From Kudoa neothunni (Eukaryota; Animalia; Cnidaria), in NCBI GenBank assembly GCA_964304625.1, contig OZ199838.1:9877741-9941740 (forward strand): a DNA stretch of 64,000 nucleotides, given 5' to 3'. Below the pieces are notes generated by a model. It saw only the letters and a program-made list of their open reading frames with translations, was not told the DNA's origin and searched no databases. Shown one piece after another: positions 52,368 to 64,000 of this stretch. The position numbers and the translations under genes were made by a program. Numbering within the stretch: the stretch's first letter is position 1; every line of letters begins with the position of its first letter.

Positions 52368-54097
52368 TTTTAGTTGTTCTAAAATAAATCAAACTCATCA
52401 CATATTCCATTGTTGATTAGAGAGTTGTTAGACCGAAAAATCCCACCTATTTAGGCAATAACCGCATCAAAACCCACCCTATTATCTATTACACAACTTT
52501 TATGTATTATGATGTCAATTAGAGAACTCAACTGTCAAACAACTTTAAAATCGATCACACTTCTATGTATAAAAAATTAACGACAAACTACCGTATCAAC
52601 TCCCTTTTCAACTATTTCCGTATAAACTCGAGTGCCGATGATCCTATTTGTGACGAAGTGTATTTGCCGCATGGGAAAATTCCCTTCAATTTCAATTGAT
52701 TAATCGCTACTATACACACTAAACAATTCTATCTCATATTAAAATATCTCATAACAACATTTCTAATTGGAATATCTAACAGATATCACATTTTATATGA
52801 CTTCTAAATGGATTACGTCATTAGACTGGCAACCCACCGAATCTATACTCTTGTCTAATGCTCTCTCCTCAAACTAATATTTATTGTAGTTGGTAGTTTT
52901 GTAATGGTTATATCAACAAATATATTCGATATCATTGTGTTTGAATCGCTCCTTTCATGATAACGAACCCATACGGTTCTTTCATCTCATTGTTGATATT
53001 AAACTCGTAAGCCAATCGTTTTATCACATTATTGTTTCTATTCATTACGATATATCTTATTGATTTTTAAATCTTTACTATTCGAACAATGATACCACAT
53101 AAACTCCTGTGGATACAAGGTTAGGAATTATTACTTCAAACAAACAAATTTTAATATTATTTATGAGCTTATTAACGGGAAGTTAACACTTTAAGATCAA
53201 ACGCTGATCAATCAATAAGTATAAATTACGGATAAAAGGTTCGGGATTTTTTTTCAATCAAAATTCTATTTAACCAAATAATAAAGTTGTTTTGAGCGCG
53301 TGGTGGCTTTGTCGACTAACAAATCTCTGTTGAATAGCGTCGTACAACTGCGGAGGTATGACGTGGGACCGACCTTGAACTGGTTGTAAAGATTTTTCTT
53401 ATTAACCGAATATTTCTTCCTAATATGGACAGTATTTTTAATTCTCTATGATTTCTTAAGTATGTGTGAAAAAATAACCTGCTTGTGTCGGCGTTATTTC
53501 AACAGCTAAGAAATGAGTTTTATACCTATTGATTTTTTAATTAATTGTCTAAATAAGCTTTGCTACAAAAAAATACGTATGTAATGCGGTAACAACGCCT
53601 AGTAATGGGAGATAGAAGGATGCTTAGGATAATATAAATAATGTCGACAGCATCTATCGTGGTATTTACCCCAATCAAATTATCTCTTATATTATTCGTT
53701 GTTGCCCACCCGTTTTATTCTATCAAAGCTCTCATTTAAACAATTATTTTAGTATTTCTAATTGCATTGAAAGATCAAGGCGGTGTATCGTCATCTGATT
53801 AAAATTTTTATTTCCCCAGAGAAGAATAATTCTAAGAGTGAATACATTCTGTATTACCATTAAAAGGTGTGAAACTTTTTATTTATGCTTTGATGTAATA
53901 TTGTGTATCAGTGTTTCCCTACAAATTTTACGCCCGCATTCCCATCTTAATTTCCGCGTTCACTTCACACCCTCTCCTCCATGCGAATGTCAAGACTCAA
54001 ACATACTTTTTATTTAAATGCGATAATAAAAATGCCAATGAAAAATGTCTTAGAATTATAATTTTTACTATTTAAGTTTACATTTGAACTTCAAATT

Positions 54098-55080
54098 GGC
54101 TAAATTACATTGACCGCGCATCCAATCGGGGGGAAATGAAACACCTCGTAAAATGTCGAAAAATAAATTTTTACTACTTAAAAGCCACTATATATTTAAA
54201 TAAAGTAGATAATTCTTTTCCACTATATTTTCTTTTAAAAGCCCCCATGTAGCTTCTATTTTGTTAGTGTGGACCCCCTCAATGGAAACAAACCTTCTTT
54301 TATGGATCATGGTACCGTGAACAAAACCTAGATCCTTCGAAATGTTGTAACCTTTCCAACCATCGATCCAAATAGTTGACTCATCCTCCACATTCTCAAT
54401 AATTATTCTTTCTAGGATATCCCTATTTCTTTTTTGTGTTATTTTCAAAAAGGAATTTCCGTCTTCGTCTATTCTTCCCACCATGCAATACTGTTGATTC
54501 CGAAGAATTCTTCCAACGTTGAACTTCCTTTTGGATATGGCGGCCTCATCTATTTGTATTACAACACCCTTCCCGCCTATTTTAGAAAATTCCTCATCTA
54601 GTTTAGATGCCATAAAATCTGTAACGACGTTTTTCCAATCATTTATGGTGTACTTTGAAGAAATTTTAGTGTGTTTATGAATATCATCGTAAGTCATTGT
54701 CGGATGTTGGATTACCGTTATTATAAAATAAAAATTTTCCACAAAGGAAGTCGAGAAATTTTGAAAATAGTTCCTTTTCGTATCGACGTTTTTTTGTTAC
54801 ATGAAATACATTTGTATTGATAACCATCATCAGCGTCTTTTCTCTTAACTAGAAACATTTGACCGCCACAAAAACATTTTTAATAACTCTTCATAAGACC
54901 CAGATTTTGCATTGTTTTTATTGTATATTCAAGTTCATCGCGAAAATAACCATAATCCAAGTTTGTAATTTTATCAATATTCTCTAACGTAAATATTTTT
55001 TTGTTTGATTGCATCGTGTTAGAAAGAATCGAGACCTCCCGAAAATAGCCCATTGGATGTACTGTCGGTGTAATTTAGTC
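54098..55080 (-). mobile_element. Merlin (IS1016/ISXO2-like DDE) transposon, pseudogenised
   Basis: KIGGKGVVIQIDE...KRKFNVGR...STIWIDGWKGY...GVHTNKIEATW. The upstream Zn-ribbon part (CFCG...YKCISC; ATG ~55015) is broken by a stop and a frameshift. ~29-bp imperfect TIRs GGCTAAATTACATTGACCGCGCATCCAAT / ATTGGATGTACTGTCGGTGTAATTTAGTC. Confidence 0.88.
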
Positions 55081-55719
55081 AAAAATTCAATAGATTCAAA
55101 AAATATGTCTTCCAAATATATTTGAATAAAAATAACAAATATATATCGTTAAAATCGGCATTAATTTATTCATGTATATAAATGGATGCTTTGATCCTTG
55201 TTTTACCTGTACTTTAAAGAACAGTTTCGTTGTATATCAGAGGCAAGGTGCAAATTCGAAAGTAATACTTGAAACGTAGCATTAAAATTAAACAAGTAAA
55301 TGATGGATCTTAAATTTAGACAGAAGACAAAGTTAAAATTACATCGTGGTTTTATTTTTATGAATATAAATTATTTGTAAGTAGATTAAAATGCTGACAG
55401 CCTAATTACAGCGTAAGCATATAAACGTGTTATTTTGAAATATAACAAAGTTATGATTTTGCATGAAAATAGCAATAGTTAGATTTTGTAAGTTGAACAG
55501 GCTTAATATAAATTATTACCATACTGCGCTATTTCGTATAATCAAATTAAATAAATTATCATATCCCATTTGTGAATAGAAACTAACTGATATCAAAGCC
55601 ACCGGAAATATTATTACACGCATTACGTCCTTACATAATTTAAACGGGGACTAACGAAAATTAAGAAGTGAATAAATTAAGATTAATTTTTAAATCTATT
55701 CTAGAATGACTCTCGCATC

Positions 55720-56130
55720 CCTTGCAGGGAAACACTGACCAATTAGAAAGGGGAATATTAGAGCCGACCCCTTTTAGCGAATGGACAACATCATACTCGA
55801 TCAACCAGAAATTACCCAAAACACATCCGATGTCGTGGATTCTCCATGAAATAATATAAAGCGAAGGCAAATAATAAAAGATTTACTCATTAATTCTTAT
55901 TATATAATAAACTGTATACTACTATCGTCAACACGAGTATTTTAAATTGAGTCATCAGTTTCTAGCAACGTTTAGAGAAAGTTTCTCAACATCCGAGTCG
56001 CCTACTCCAACCGAACAACCAACTACCGAATACATCCTCCGCAGGAGCACCAGAATAAGGAGGTCCCAGAACGTCAAGGGGTGTGGGTGTCCTAACCTAT
56101 CGAGGGGATGTTGTGTATTATTTTATTAAC
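55720..56130 (+). mobile_element. Internally deleted Ty3/gypsy remnant
   Basis: DQLERGILEPTPFSEWTT (RT N-terminal motif) closely followed by ILRRSTRIRRS (post-integrase tail), then a purine tract GAGGGGA and TGT, the probable 3' LTR start at ~56109. Confidence 0.5.
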
Positions 56131-57845
56131 AAACGACTAGTTTGTCGTCAAACGCGGAAACGCATGTGGTATATATTATTATTTTTTTCATCAATTATAA
56201 TAAAAGAAAACCCCAACTACATAAAGAAAGACGTAATTATCGCTCGACGTAAATTCGTGGGAGCCATGTACACAAGAAAAGGCACGAAAATATACTCTAT
56301 TGAAGGGAATCTATCACGTTTCCTTTCTTTATACGAAGAGATTGCATAATCTATCTTTAAATATTCGGGGAGCATTGATTAATTAAAGTAGCTATTTGCA
56401 TTGTAATTAATATTCAGATGCCACCGATTTTGACTATATTTAATTATTTTTAGATCCTAAGGACGAAATACTGGGTCAGAAATAATTAAATATAGCAGAT
56501 TCTAAAATATTAAACCTATATGAAGTTTGAGAGTAAGCGTCGGTGAGATTAAAAATTGTCATGGCAGTGGAGTACATGTCGTTTAGGATTAAAATTTACC
56601 ATTAAAATAGTCTCTGCCAATCATTAATTAATCACTTTGCGGTACAAAACTAAAATCGGCTTATAGCAATGTAACTCACAATATTCCACAGAATTAATAC
56701 GGACACCTTTTATTGGTTCGATTTATCATTTATAATTATTTCATCTATAGATTCCAATATTTGATTGGTTATTTTAGGGCGGATTTCTAAAAAGCAAAAC
56801 CCTGGATATCCTTAGCTTCTAAATAAATGTTAATAATCTAGTCTGACATTATTCAAATCCGTTAAAATGTGTGAATTTAAGGACTCTGAATTATCTAAAC
56901 TTAAATCTGTACCATTTAAGGCACGAGCGTGAGCATTCTGGGTCTTAATGGGAAACTAATGAAAAGAGGAATTTTTATAAAAACTATATAGAGTTGTATA
57001 ACTTTGTTAAGACTTATGTAGCGCGCGTGCGGGATATAAGTAGGAAGTGGCTATTGCAACGGATGGGAATATCTCCTAAAATAACGCTCGTATCAGAATT
57101 TTAATTCAACAAATACATTTAACAATAAATTAACTATTATTAAATAAATTTTCAAAAGAAAATAATTTTATTGACATTTTAACTATAAATTGACCAATAC
57201 CGCATGAATTAAGCAGACTCTTTCCTCAAGAATTTGTATTCAAGTTTACCTATAAAATTATTTTAAAATAGAAAAGTTTTGATTTTATATAACAAGAGGT
57301 ATCGATATACCCGGTACGTTAATTATGAACACGTAAACTTGTGTTAATGTGGTTTGTTTGCAATAATGATTGTAAATAAACTATTTTACGTTATGATTAT
57401 AGATTGAATGATTGCGTTTACATTTATTTGATGGTTCAATTGTTATACTAGGCTTTCTTGATAAATATCACCATTTATCGTTTTAGTATTAATGTCAACT
57501 CTACGTAACATTACCACTTAATTTACTTTGAAAGAGATATTTCCTGTCAGCGAATACATGCGCTATTATTAACCATCGAATAATAATGCTAAATCTAATC
57601 AAAATGCGAAATTAAAAGAAATCACCAAAGAAAAATTCTAACTCTATTCAAAGCGCCTATAAAATGCATAAGTCTATACAAACCAACATATGTCAATGTC
57701 CGCAGACTATTGAAGTGATTTTACCTTAGCTCAATAATTGCTCTTAGGAGAATTGAATCTATATTAGGGATAATATGATTTAAAACTACTAAATCATTAA
57801 ACATTGATACAGCATGTTTATGTAAAATTATGTAACTAACTTTAA

Positions 57846-60213
57846 CCCATTAAGGGTTTGCGTTCCCTTTTCGGCATATAGTTGTTCTACGATTTTCTTC
57901 TCTCAGTGTATAATAATTTCTTTACAAATGAAATTTTTTATTTACTGAATCATTTAATTTAATGTTATGTATAAGCTAAATGACTTAGTGTATTTTTCCA
58001 TAAGATAGGCTATTGTTTGATCTATTCGGGTCAACTAGCACTAATAGAGAAATAAAATAATGATCTAATAATAGAATTGTTAAAGATACAGTTCTATGAT
58101 AGAAAATATTCATTAAAACCTGGTTTTATTACTTTGGAATTATAAAGTTACAAGGAAAAAAAGATAGCGCTAAATTGAGCATGTGCCGAAAAGGGAACGC
58201 AAAACCTTCAGCGTGGGATTTTCTAATTAATAATTTGATACGTTGATTGTTTTCAGATGGTGACAATTCTCTACAATAAATTAATTGACGCTATTAATGA
58301 GCTTTGTGATAATGAAGAGATTGCTTCTGTAGATTTTATTACTCTTCCTCCTGAAAATGTGGACGAATTAACCGATGAAGAGGATAATGTAATACCAAAT
58401 TTGGCCATGGGTACTGATATAACCAATATTCCTGAAATTTGTGGTGAAATTGAGGTACAATATGAAGATCTTCAGCCTGCTGACGGTAATGATAATGAAG
58501 ATTGTACCTGGAATCCATTCCGCAATAACACAAACAATGGAATTTTTAATGATGATTCATCGTTGAATATATTAGAAGATATATGTGAAGATGTTTTACC
58601 GAATTCTGATAATTATGGATGCTTCGATTATTTTCAAGAACTTTTTGATGAAAGCATAATTTTAATGATTGCTAAACAAACCAATTTATATGCTTGACAG
58701 AAAATCGACCACACCTTCAATTTAACTGTTAACCAACTCAAGGCTTTTCTAGGCATATTGTTGTTATCAGGTTATCATACGTTACCACGCCAATATATGT
58801 ATTGGGAAAACAGCATTGACTCGGGAGTAGAAATGGTGAAAAGGGCAATGACCTATAAGCAATTTAAAAACACTAAAAGGTATCTGCACTTTAATGATAA
58901 TTCTAAAGTATGCCACGATGGCAAAATGTTCAAATTATGACCTCTGATTGAAAAACTCAACAAAAACTTTAAAAAATTTGGAATATTTACCAAGAATATT
59001 TCTATCGATGAGCAGACGGTACCCTATACAGGACATCACTCTTGTAAGATGTACATGTAAGGTAAACCCGTCCGCTTTGGCTTTAAAAAATGGATAATGG
59101 CATCTTCAAGCAGATATATTTATAATTTTTCTATTTACTCTGGCAAGTCAGAAATGTATGATAAACAATTGGGACTTGGTGGGAGTGTGGTTCAAAATTT
59201 TGTTAATGATTGCAATCTAAAAGAAATAAGCGGTGTGAAACTATTCTTCGATAATTTCTTTTCGTCATTCAAATTATTTGATAAATTATCCAAAAACAAC
59301 ATTAAAGCAACTGAAACAATCCGTGATAATAGAATTCCTAAATGTCCTATAACGCCGAAACGCTTAATGGAAAAAAAACTCCGAGGAACAAGTGAACATT
59401 TTGTTACTAAGTCGTCGAATATTTCGTTATCACATTGGAATGATACAAAATCTGTACTTGTTATGTCCAATTGCTTTGGTCCATATCCAACTAATAAAGT
59501 CAAAAGATATTGTAAATGCAAAAAAACTTACTGCACAATTGATCAACCTTTTAATGTGTACATGTACAATAAACATATGGGGGAGTAGCTATTGCGGATA
59601 ACTCAATAGCTTGCTATCGGATAAAATTTAGATTCAAAAAGTGATATTGGCCACTTTTTACCAATACGTTATCTATGGTTGTGGTGAATTCTTGGAGGTT
59701 ATCATATATGGGAAGTTCATCAAAGATTGATTTTCTAACTCATATTCGTACAATCGTAGCCAGTTTAATAACCAACATAAAAGGAAATATTCCGATTGGT
59801 CGAAGGTATCTTCTTAGCAGACAAAAAATGCGTCCATGTGTCAAAAACCATGCATAACATCTTCCTCAGATAAAAAAAGAAAGAGATGCGCCATTTGCCG
59901 GAAAACAACAATCCATTGTTGCAAGAGCTGTAATGTTTATTTGCGTAAAAAATGTTCAGAAGGCTTTCATAATAAATAACAATACCATTTTAACATGCTC
60001 AAAATTCAAAAATTTGTTTTTCTTTGAACGAGCATCTCGGCCAGCTCTATTAGGATTTCGCACACCGAAGGTTTTGCGTTCCCTTTTCGGCACTTTTGTA
60101 AAATCTATTTTTCTTCGCGTAAAGAAATTATTTTAGAATTTTATTTCATAAGGTACAATCAAAATTATTTTTTTATGTTTTTGTATAATTTGAAAAATAG
60201 AACCCTTAATGGG
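57846..60213 (+). mobile_element. Full-length piggyBac transposon (PGBD3/PGBD2-like), transposase pseudogenised
   Basis: TTAA|CCCATTAAGGGTT ... AACCCTTAATGGG|TTAA (perfect 13-bp TIR, TTAA TSD). Transposase 58257-~59970: SIDEQTVPY, KPVRFGFK, FFDNFFSS, WNDTKSV, YNKHMG, C-terminal Cys-rich domain. Several stops. Confidence 0.96.
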
Positions 60214-60442
60214 TTAACTACAAAGTGAAATCAACGATATAAATTCGAAGTATGATAAGCAGGTACAAAATGAGTCAAATGAAAGAAGAAATAGTATTAA
60301 TATAAGTATGATTTATTCAAATAAATATTGGATATCAAACTTCAAGCCAATGAAGAAGCAGGAATGAATGAAATTGCTGAAGCATCCCCACCCAAGTTAC
60401 TTATTAATGACTCGTTTAAGACTTTATAATGTGTGTAGTGAC

Positions 60443-60881
60443 TAGAGTTTCTACGCGTGTCACATCACACTTTGCCATCACGCATCCTTTGAAATTTATC
60501 ATTACTTTTTTTTGTTTAATAGGGAAGGAATTTGAGTTTTATTATATAAGTTAATTAAAGTTTCATAATGAATGCTAGCTATGATTGGTTATTTTTCAAA
60601 GAAACAAATGAAGATCGAATGACCAAGTGCAATTTCTGCGGGGCTAAAAGAATTTTTAAGGATATGATCGGTAAGCGGTCAACTGACGATATAAATACAT
60701 ATCTCTTAACAGCTCATAATATAATAAAGAACAACTATACTGAATTCGGGAATTTTATTTATAAATCGTGGTGTTTATGTTTTTAAAATTAAGAAAAAAA
60801 ATCTGGTAGAAACTAGGGTTTCTACGCGAGCCATGTCACGCGCGTGAAATGCATCACGCACCACGCTTTTTAGAAATTCTA
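60443..60881 (+). mobile_element. Non-autonomous hAT element retaining a degenerate BED zinc finger
   Basis: TIR TAGAGTTTCTA / TAGAAATTCTA; 8-bp TSD GTAGTGAC/ATAGTGAC (7/8). ORF 60568-60786 WLFF...KCNFC...ST..INTYLLTAH is BED-like. Confidence 0.75.
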
Positions 60882-61636
60882 ATAGTGACCAATAGGTAGA
60901 TGGGTGCGAAATGGATAAAAATTACAGAAGTTAAATAATCATATCAAATTTTGTATTTATTTTATATAGATTTAAAATTCCCTTCTAAAGTAAAAGCATT
61001 AGGGCGACCTAAGGGTTCTCGTCTAGCCGTCATTGGATTACCAAATAAGACGACGAGGAATTTAAATATATATATCCGCATAAAAACAATATTATCTTCT
61101 ATAAAATATATATCATAATAATATATCTATCATGGAATAATTTGTTTTTTGTTTTTATAAAATAAGAAAACAGGTTTTAAATCACAATTATTGGATCTTA
61201 AACCCCAGTTATACCCGTTTTTATAATATAAATAAACTAAGTAAAGTATTATTTATTGTTTTTTACCTATATTTTGTTAAAAACATATTATAGCATGGAC
61301 AGATACAGTGGAACGCCTTAGATAATTTTTTAGACTGCGCGCTCACTCTATTAGCAAGTACATCGCCCCTCACAGTTTCGTATAAGAATTACGATACATA
61401 TATCAATGGTTACTTAGAATACAACCTAGATACAAATTCTTGAGTAAAAAGTCTGCTTAATTCATGCGGTATTGGTCAATTTATAGTTAAAAAATCAACT
61501 AAGTTATTTTCTTTTAAAAATTTATCTAATGATAGTTCATTTATTGTTATATATATATACTTGTGAAATTAAAATTATAATACGAGCGTTATTTTAGGAG
61601 ATATTCCCGTCCGTTGCAATAACCTGCGCCTATAAG

Positions 61637-62370
61637 CAGTGTTTCCCAATCTTTTTTCTATCGCGCCCCACTTTTTCTTGAAAATAAGTTCCTTTCCCAA
61701 CCCTTTTGAGATGTATTGATTTTTTAATTTAAACTGTTTATACTATTGAAAAAACCTCCCTATCACATTAAAATTTGAAAGAAGTTAATATATATTTCTT
61801 TTCACATTAAAATATGTTCGATCGGATCTAATTCAATTTATCGATGGGCCTTAAAAATTAACATCTTTAGTTCTCCACTCCATCAAAAACAGCATCAAAT
61901 GAAACGTGTGGTAATCCAACCTTCATTAGGAAAGACTTTTGTGTATATGGGGCGAATGAACGGAAAATAAATAATATAAATACAAAATTAATCAATATTA
62001 TATTAGGTTTTTAAAAAAAGGACGTACGATTATAAACGCGATAACATTGGAATTATAACCGTTCCGATTCTATTGGGTAAAAATCACGTTAAACGTTTTT
62101 ATTTGTTTTTATATAAATTAAGTGAGTTCTTTTAGTATTTTTTTCATAATATTCATATTCGCTTACAAGTAAACAAGATCAAAAATCGAGGTATTGATTT
62201 CCGTGTGCATCACACTGCCCAATTATCTCACCATTATCCATGTCGCATCAATGGTCAGGATTTTTCACGCCCTACAAGAGTCGTTCATTAAACGCTCAAA
62301 GATTTCCATTCCCCCACTAAAATTTTTCCACACCCAACGTGGGGCGTCTCCCCCACATTAGGAAACACTG
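61637..62370. mobile_element. hAT-type MITE, long copy
   Basis: CAGTGTTTCCCAA ... TAGGAAACACTG termini; flanks CCTATAAG/CTATAAAG form a near TSD; same family as 36461. Confidence 0.8.
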
Positions 62371-64000
62371 CTATAAAGTGTTATAGTTGACTTGGTGTCT
62401 TTATCGGCATACCTGGCTTGAACATTTACAATTGGTGACAGGAGTAGGATAACAATGGTTATAAACATAAACCTACTTTAACTCAGGGAAAGATAATTTT
62501 TCTGCCGATTGGGATTGTCTGAGTATGGTGGCATCTTTTAAAGGACAATCTCCGGTAAAATTCTAAGGAATAATCCCCTGCGCCCTTGATGATGAATTAT
62601 TAGACTATTATTTTACCATAAACCCCAATATACAGCAGGAGTTTGGCAAGGTCCATCGTTTACTATCTGAATATGTTGATAAACAATTGAAATCGCGGTC
62701 AAAGTAATGGATCGCTCGATGTTAACGAATTTAAAACTATCTCTCTTGAACCACGCTACAGCTAACAAATTGATAAGGCTATATGTCAATTGGTATGGAC
62801 CTGATGTGTCTGCATTAGTTGACACTGGATCTGAAGCAACCCTCATCAATTCTAAATTGGTCAAGAATGAGTCTGTCATAGTTAGGTGCTCAGTAGCACT
62901 AATTGGTCAACTTGATGCCTCCTTTCTAATTGGCGCTAATGTTTTTTCATGTAATGAGCTTGTCGTGAATGGGCTTGAGTGAAGATTTAATAATTGGTTC
63001 AAACTTCATGAATTATACTGGAACTGTTATTGACTACAAAATCAAAAGCATCATGTTTGCAAATGTGATAATGCCCTTCTCCTTCGTTAGCAACTCACAA
63101 CAAAATCCTGGAAAATCAGTATGTACAAACAAAGTTCTATCTTTGAAGGATCTTATTAACGAAGTTGATGATGAGAAAATGTTTGGAAAACCCGATATAA
63201 TTGAACATTTTATCAATACAAACTCACAACCTTTACGTCAACAGCTACGAAGAATCCCATACAATATCAAGAATGGCTTAAGAATTAACTAAAAGAGATT
63301 CTAGATAAAAAGTGATTGAACCAAGTAATAGTCCCTAGGCAAGCCCCATAGTAATTGTAAAGAAAAAAAGTGACGGTTTGGGAATGTGCGTTGACTATCG
63401 TTTATTAAACGAAAACACAAAAAAGACGCTTATCCGCTTCCTAATATTGATGATATTTTAAATAAATTTGGAGGTTGTACGTATTTGTCTACATTCGATT
63501 CCAAACGTGGATACAGGCAAATTCCGTTGAACATGGAAGATAGAGAGAAGGCTGCTTTTGTTACTCCACATGGTCTTTATCACTTTAATGTTATGTCCTT
63601 AGGACTAACAAATGCTCCTGCTACGTTTCAAAGAGGCATGAATATTTTATTGGAAAATGTTTATTTGTTTGCCTCGATGATATAATATTCACAAAAACAT
63701 GGGAAGACTAATAAGTAAAATTTTCTTTCATTTTATTCAAAATCGAGGAAGCAGGCCTAATATTAAACAAAAAAAAGTGTCATCTTTTCAAAGAAAAACT
63801 TGAATTTCCTGGTTTTACAATATCCCGTGGAGGTATAAAATCTAACCTTGACTAAATTAAATGCGTGCGTGAATTTCCAAGGCCTTCAAACTCAAAAGGG
63901 GTGAAATCGTTTTTGGGTCTAGCAAACTACCATCGAAGATTTGTCCTCAAATTCTTCCAAAATTACCGGCCCATTAAACAATCTAACGAAAAAGCCGATC
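62371..64000 (+). mobile_element. Ty3/gypsy LTR retrotransposon (protease-RT pseudogene), runs off the window
   Basis: Protease VSALVDTGSEATLIN; RT motifs MCVDYRLLN, DAYPLPNID, FSTFDSKRGYRQI, GLTNAPATFQR, SFLGLANY. Frameshifted. Confidence 0.92.
62433..62450 (+). other. Primer-binding site complementary to tRNA-Leu 3' end
   Basis: TGGTGACAGGAGTAGGAT lies 2 nt after ...TTTACA (LTR end, 62430). It differs at 2 of 18 positions from the canonical Leu PBS TGGTGTCAGGAGTGGGAT. Confidence 0.7.

Larger units (their letters stand above)
57049..61624. mobile_element. Long-TIR element (MULE-like) hosting nested piggyBac and hAT insertions
   Basis: About 190-bp inverted repeats 57049-57240 and 61431-61624 starting GG(C/T)TATTGCAACGG. 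Internal fragment PSKVKALGRPKGSRLAVIGLP (~60980-61045) resembles C-termini of SWIM/MULE-type proteins. No TSD found. Confidence 0.6.

Noticed and set aside
52800-53130. Possible Penelope GIY-YIG remnant on the minus strand
   Set aside because: Only a TGVY-like fragment; too degenerate to support.
1-64000. Prokaryotic systems (CRISPR, defence operons) or bacterial contamination suggested by IS630/ISXO2-like transposases
   Set aside because: No repeat-spacer array is present. Genes carry spliceosomal introns, and these transposase families have established eukaryotic members (Tc1/mariner, Merlin).

Overview
AT-rich eukaryotic nuclear DNA; no CRISPR, rRNA, tRNA or operons seen. It carries eight highly divergent, intron-containing housekeeping genes: CDC27/APC3, MNAT1, Fcf2/DNTTIP2-like, PSMD7/Rpn8, NAXE, an ARMC5-like ARM+BTB gene, VAP and vigilin. 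Most introns are about 44-100 nt. Two divergent head-to-head pairs occur, one with only 52 nt between start codons. Intergenic space and two large introns are filled with decayed mobile DNA: a Rep-helicase Helitron plus three non-autonomous Helitrons, Tc1/IS630-like, Merlin (ISXO2-like), PGBD3-type piggyBac, hAT and pogo-type MITEs, long-TIR MULE/Merlin-like foldback elements and Ty3/gypsy remnants. Fast-evolving animal-type proteins, tiny introns and this TE mix suggest a reduced parasitic animal such as a myxozoan (inference only). I cannot demonstrate a wholly new biological system. The best unexplained candidates are a twice-present GC-rich, ORF-less ~500-bp element with conserved stems (candidate structured RNA/SINE), the ultra-compact PSMD7/NAXE bidirectional locus, an exon-trap-type piggyBac and a multi-level nested TE complex at 57-62.4 kb. 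Gene models and motif matches were read by eye; no database searches were run.
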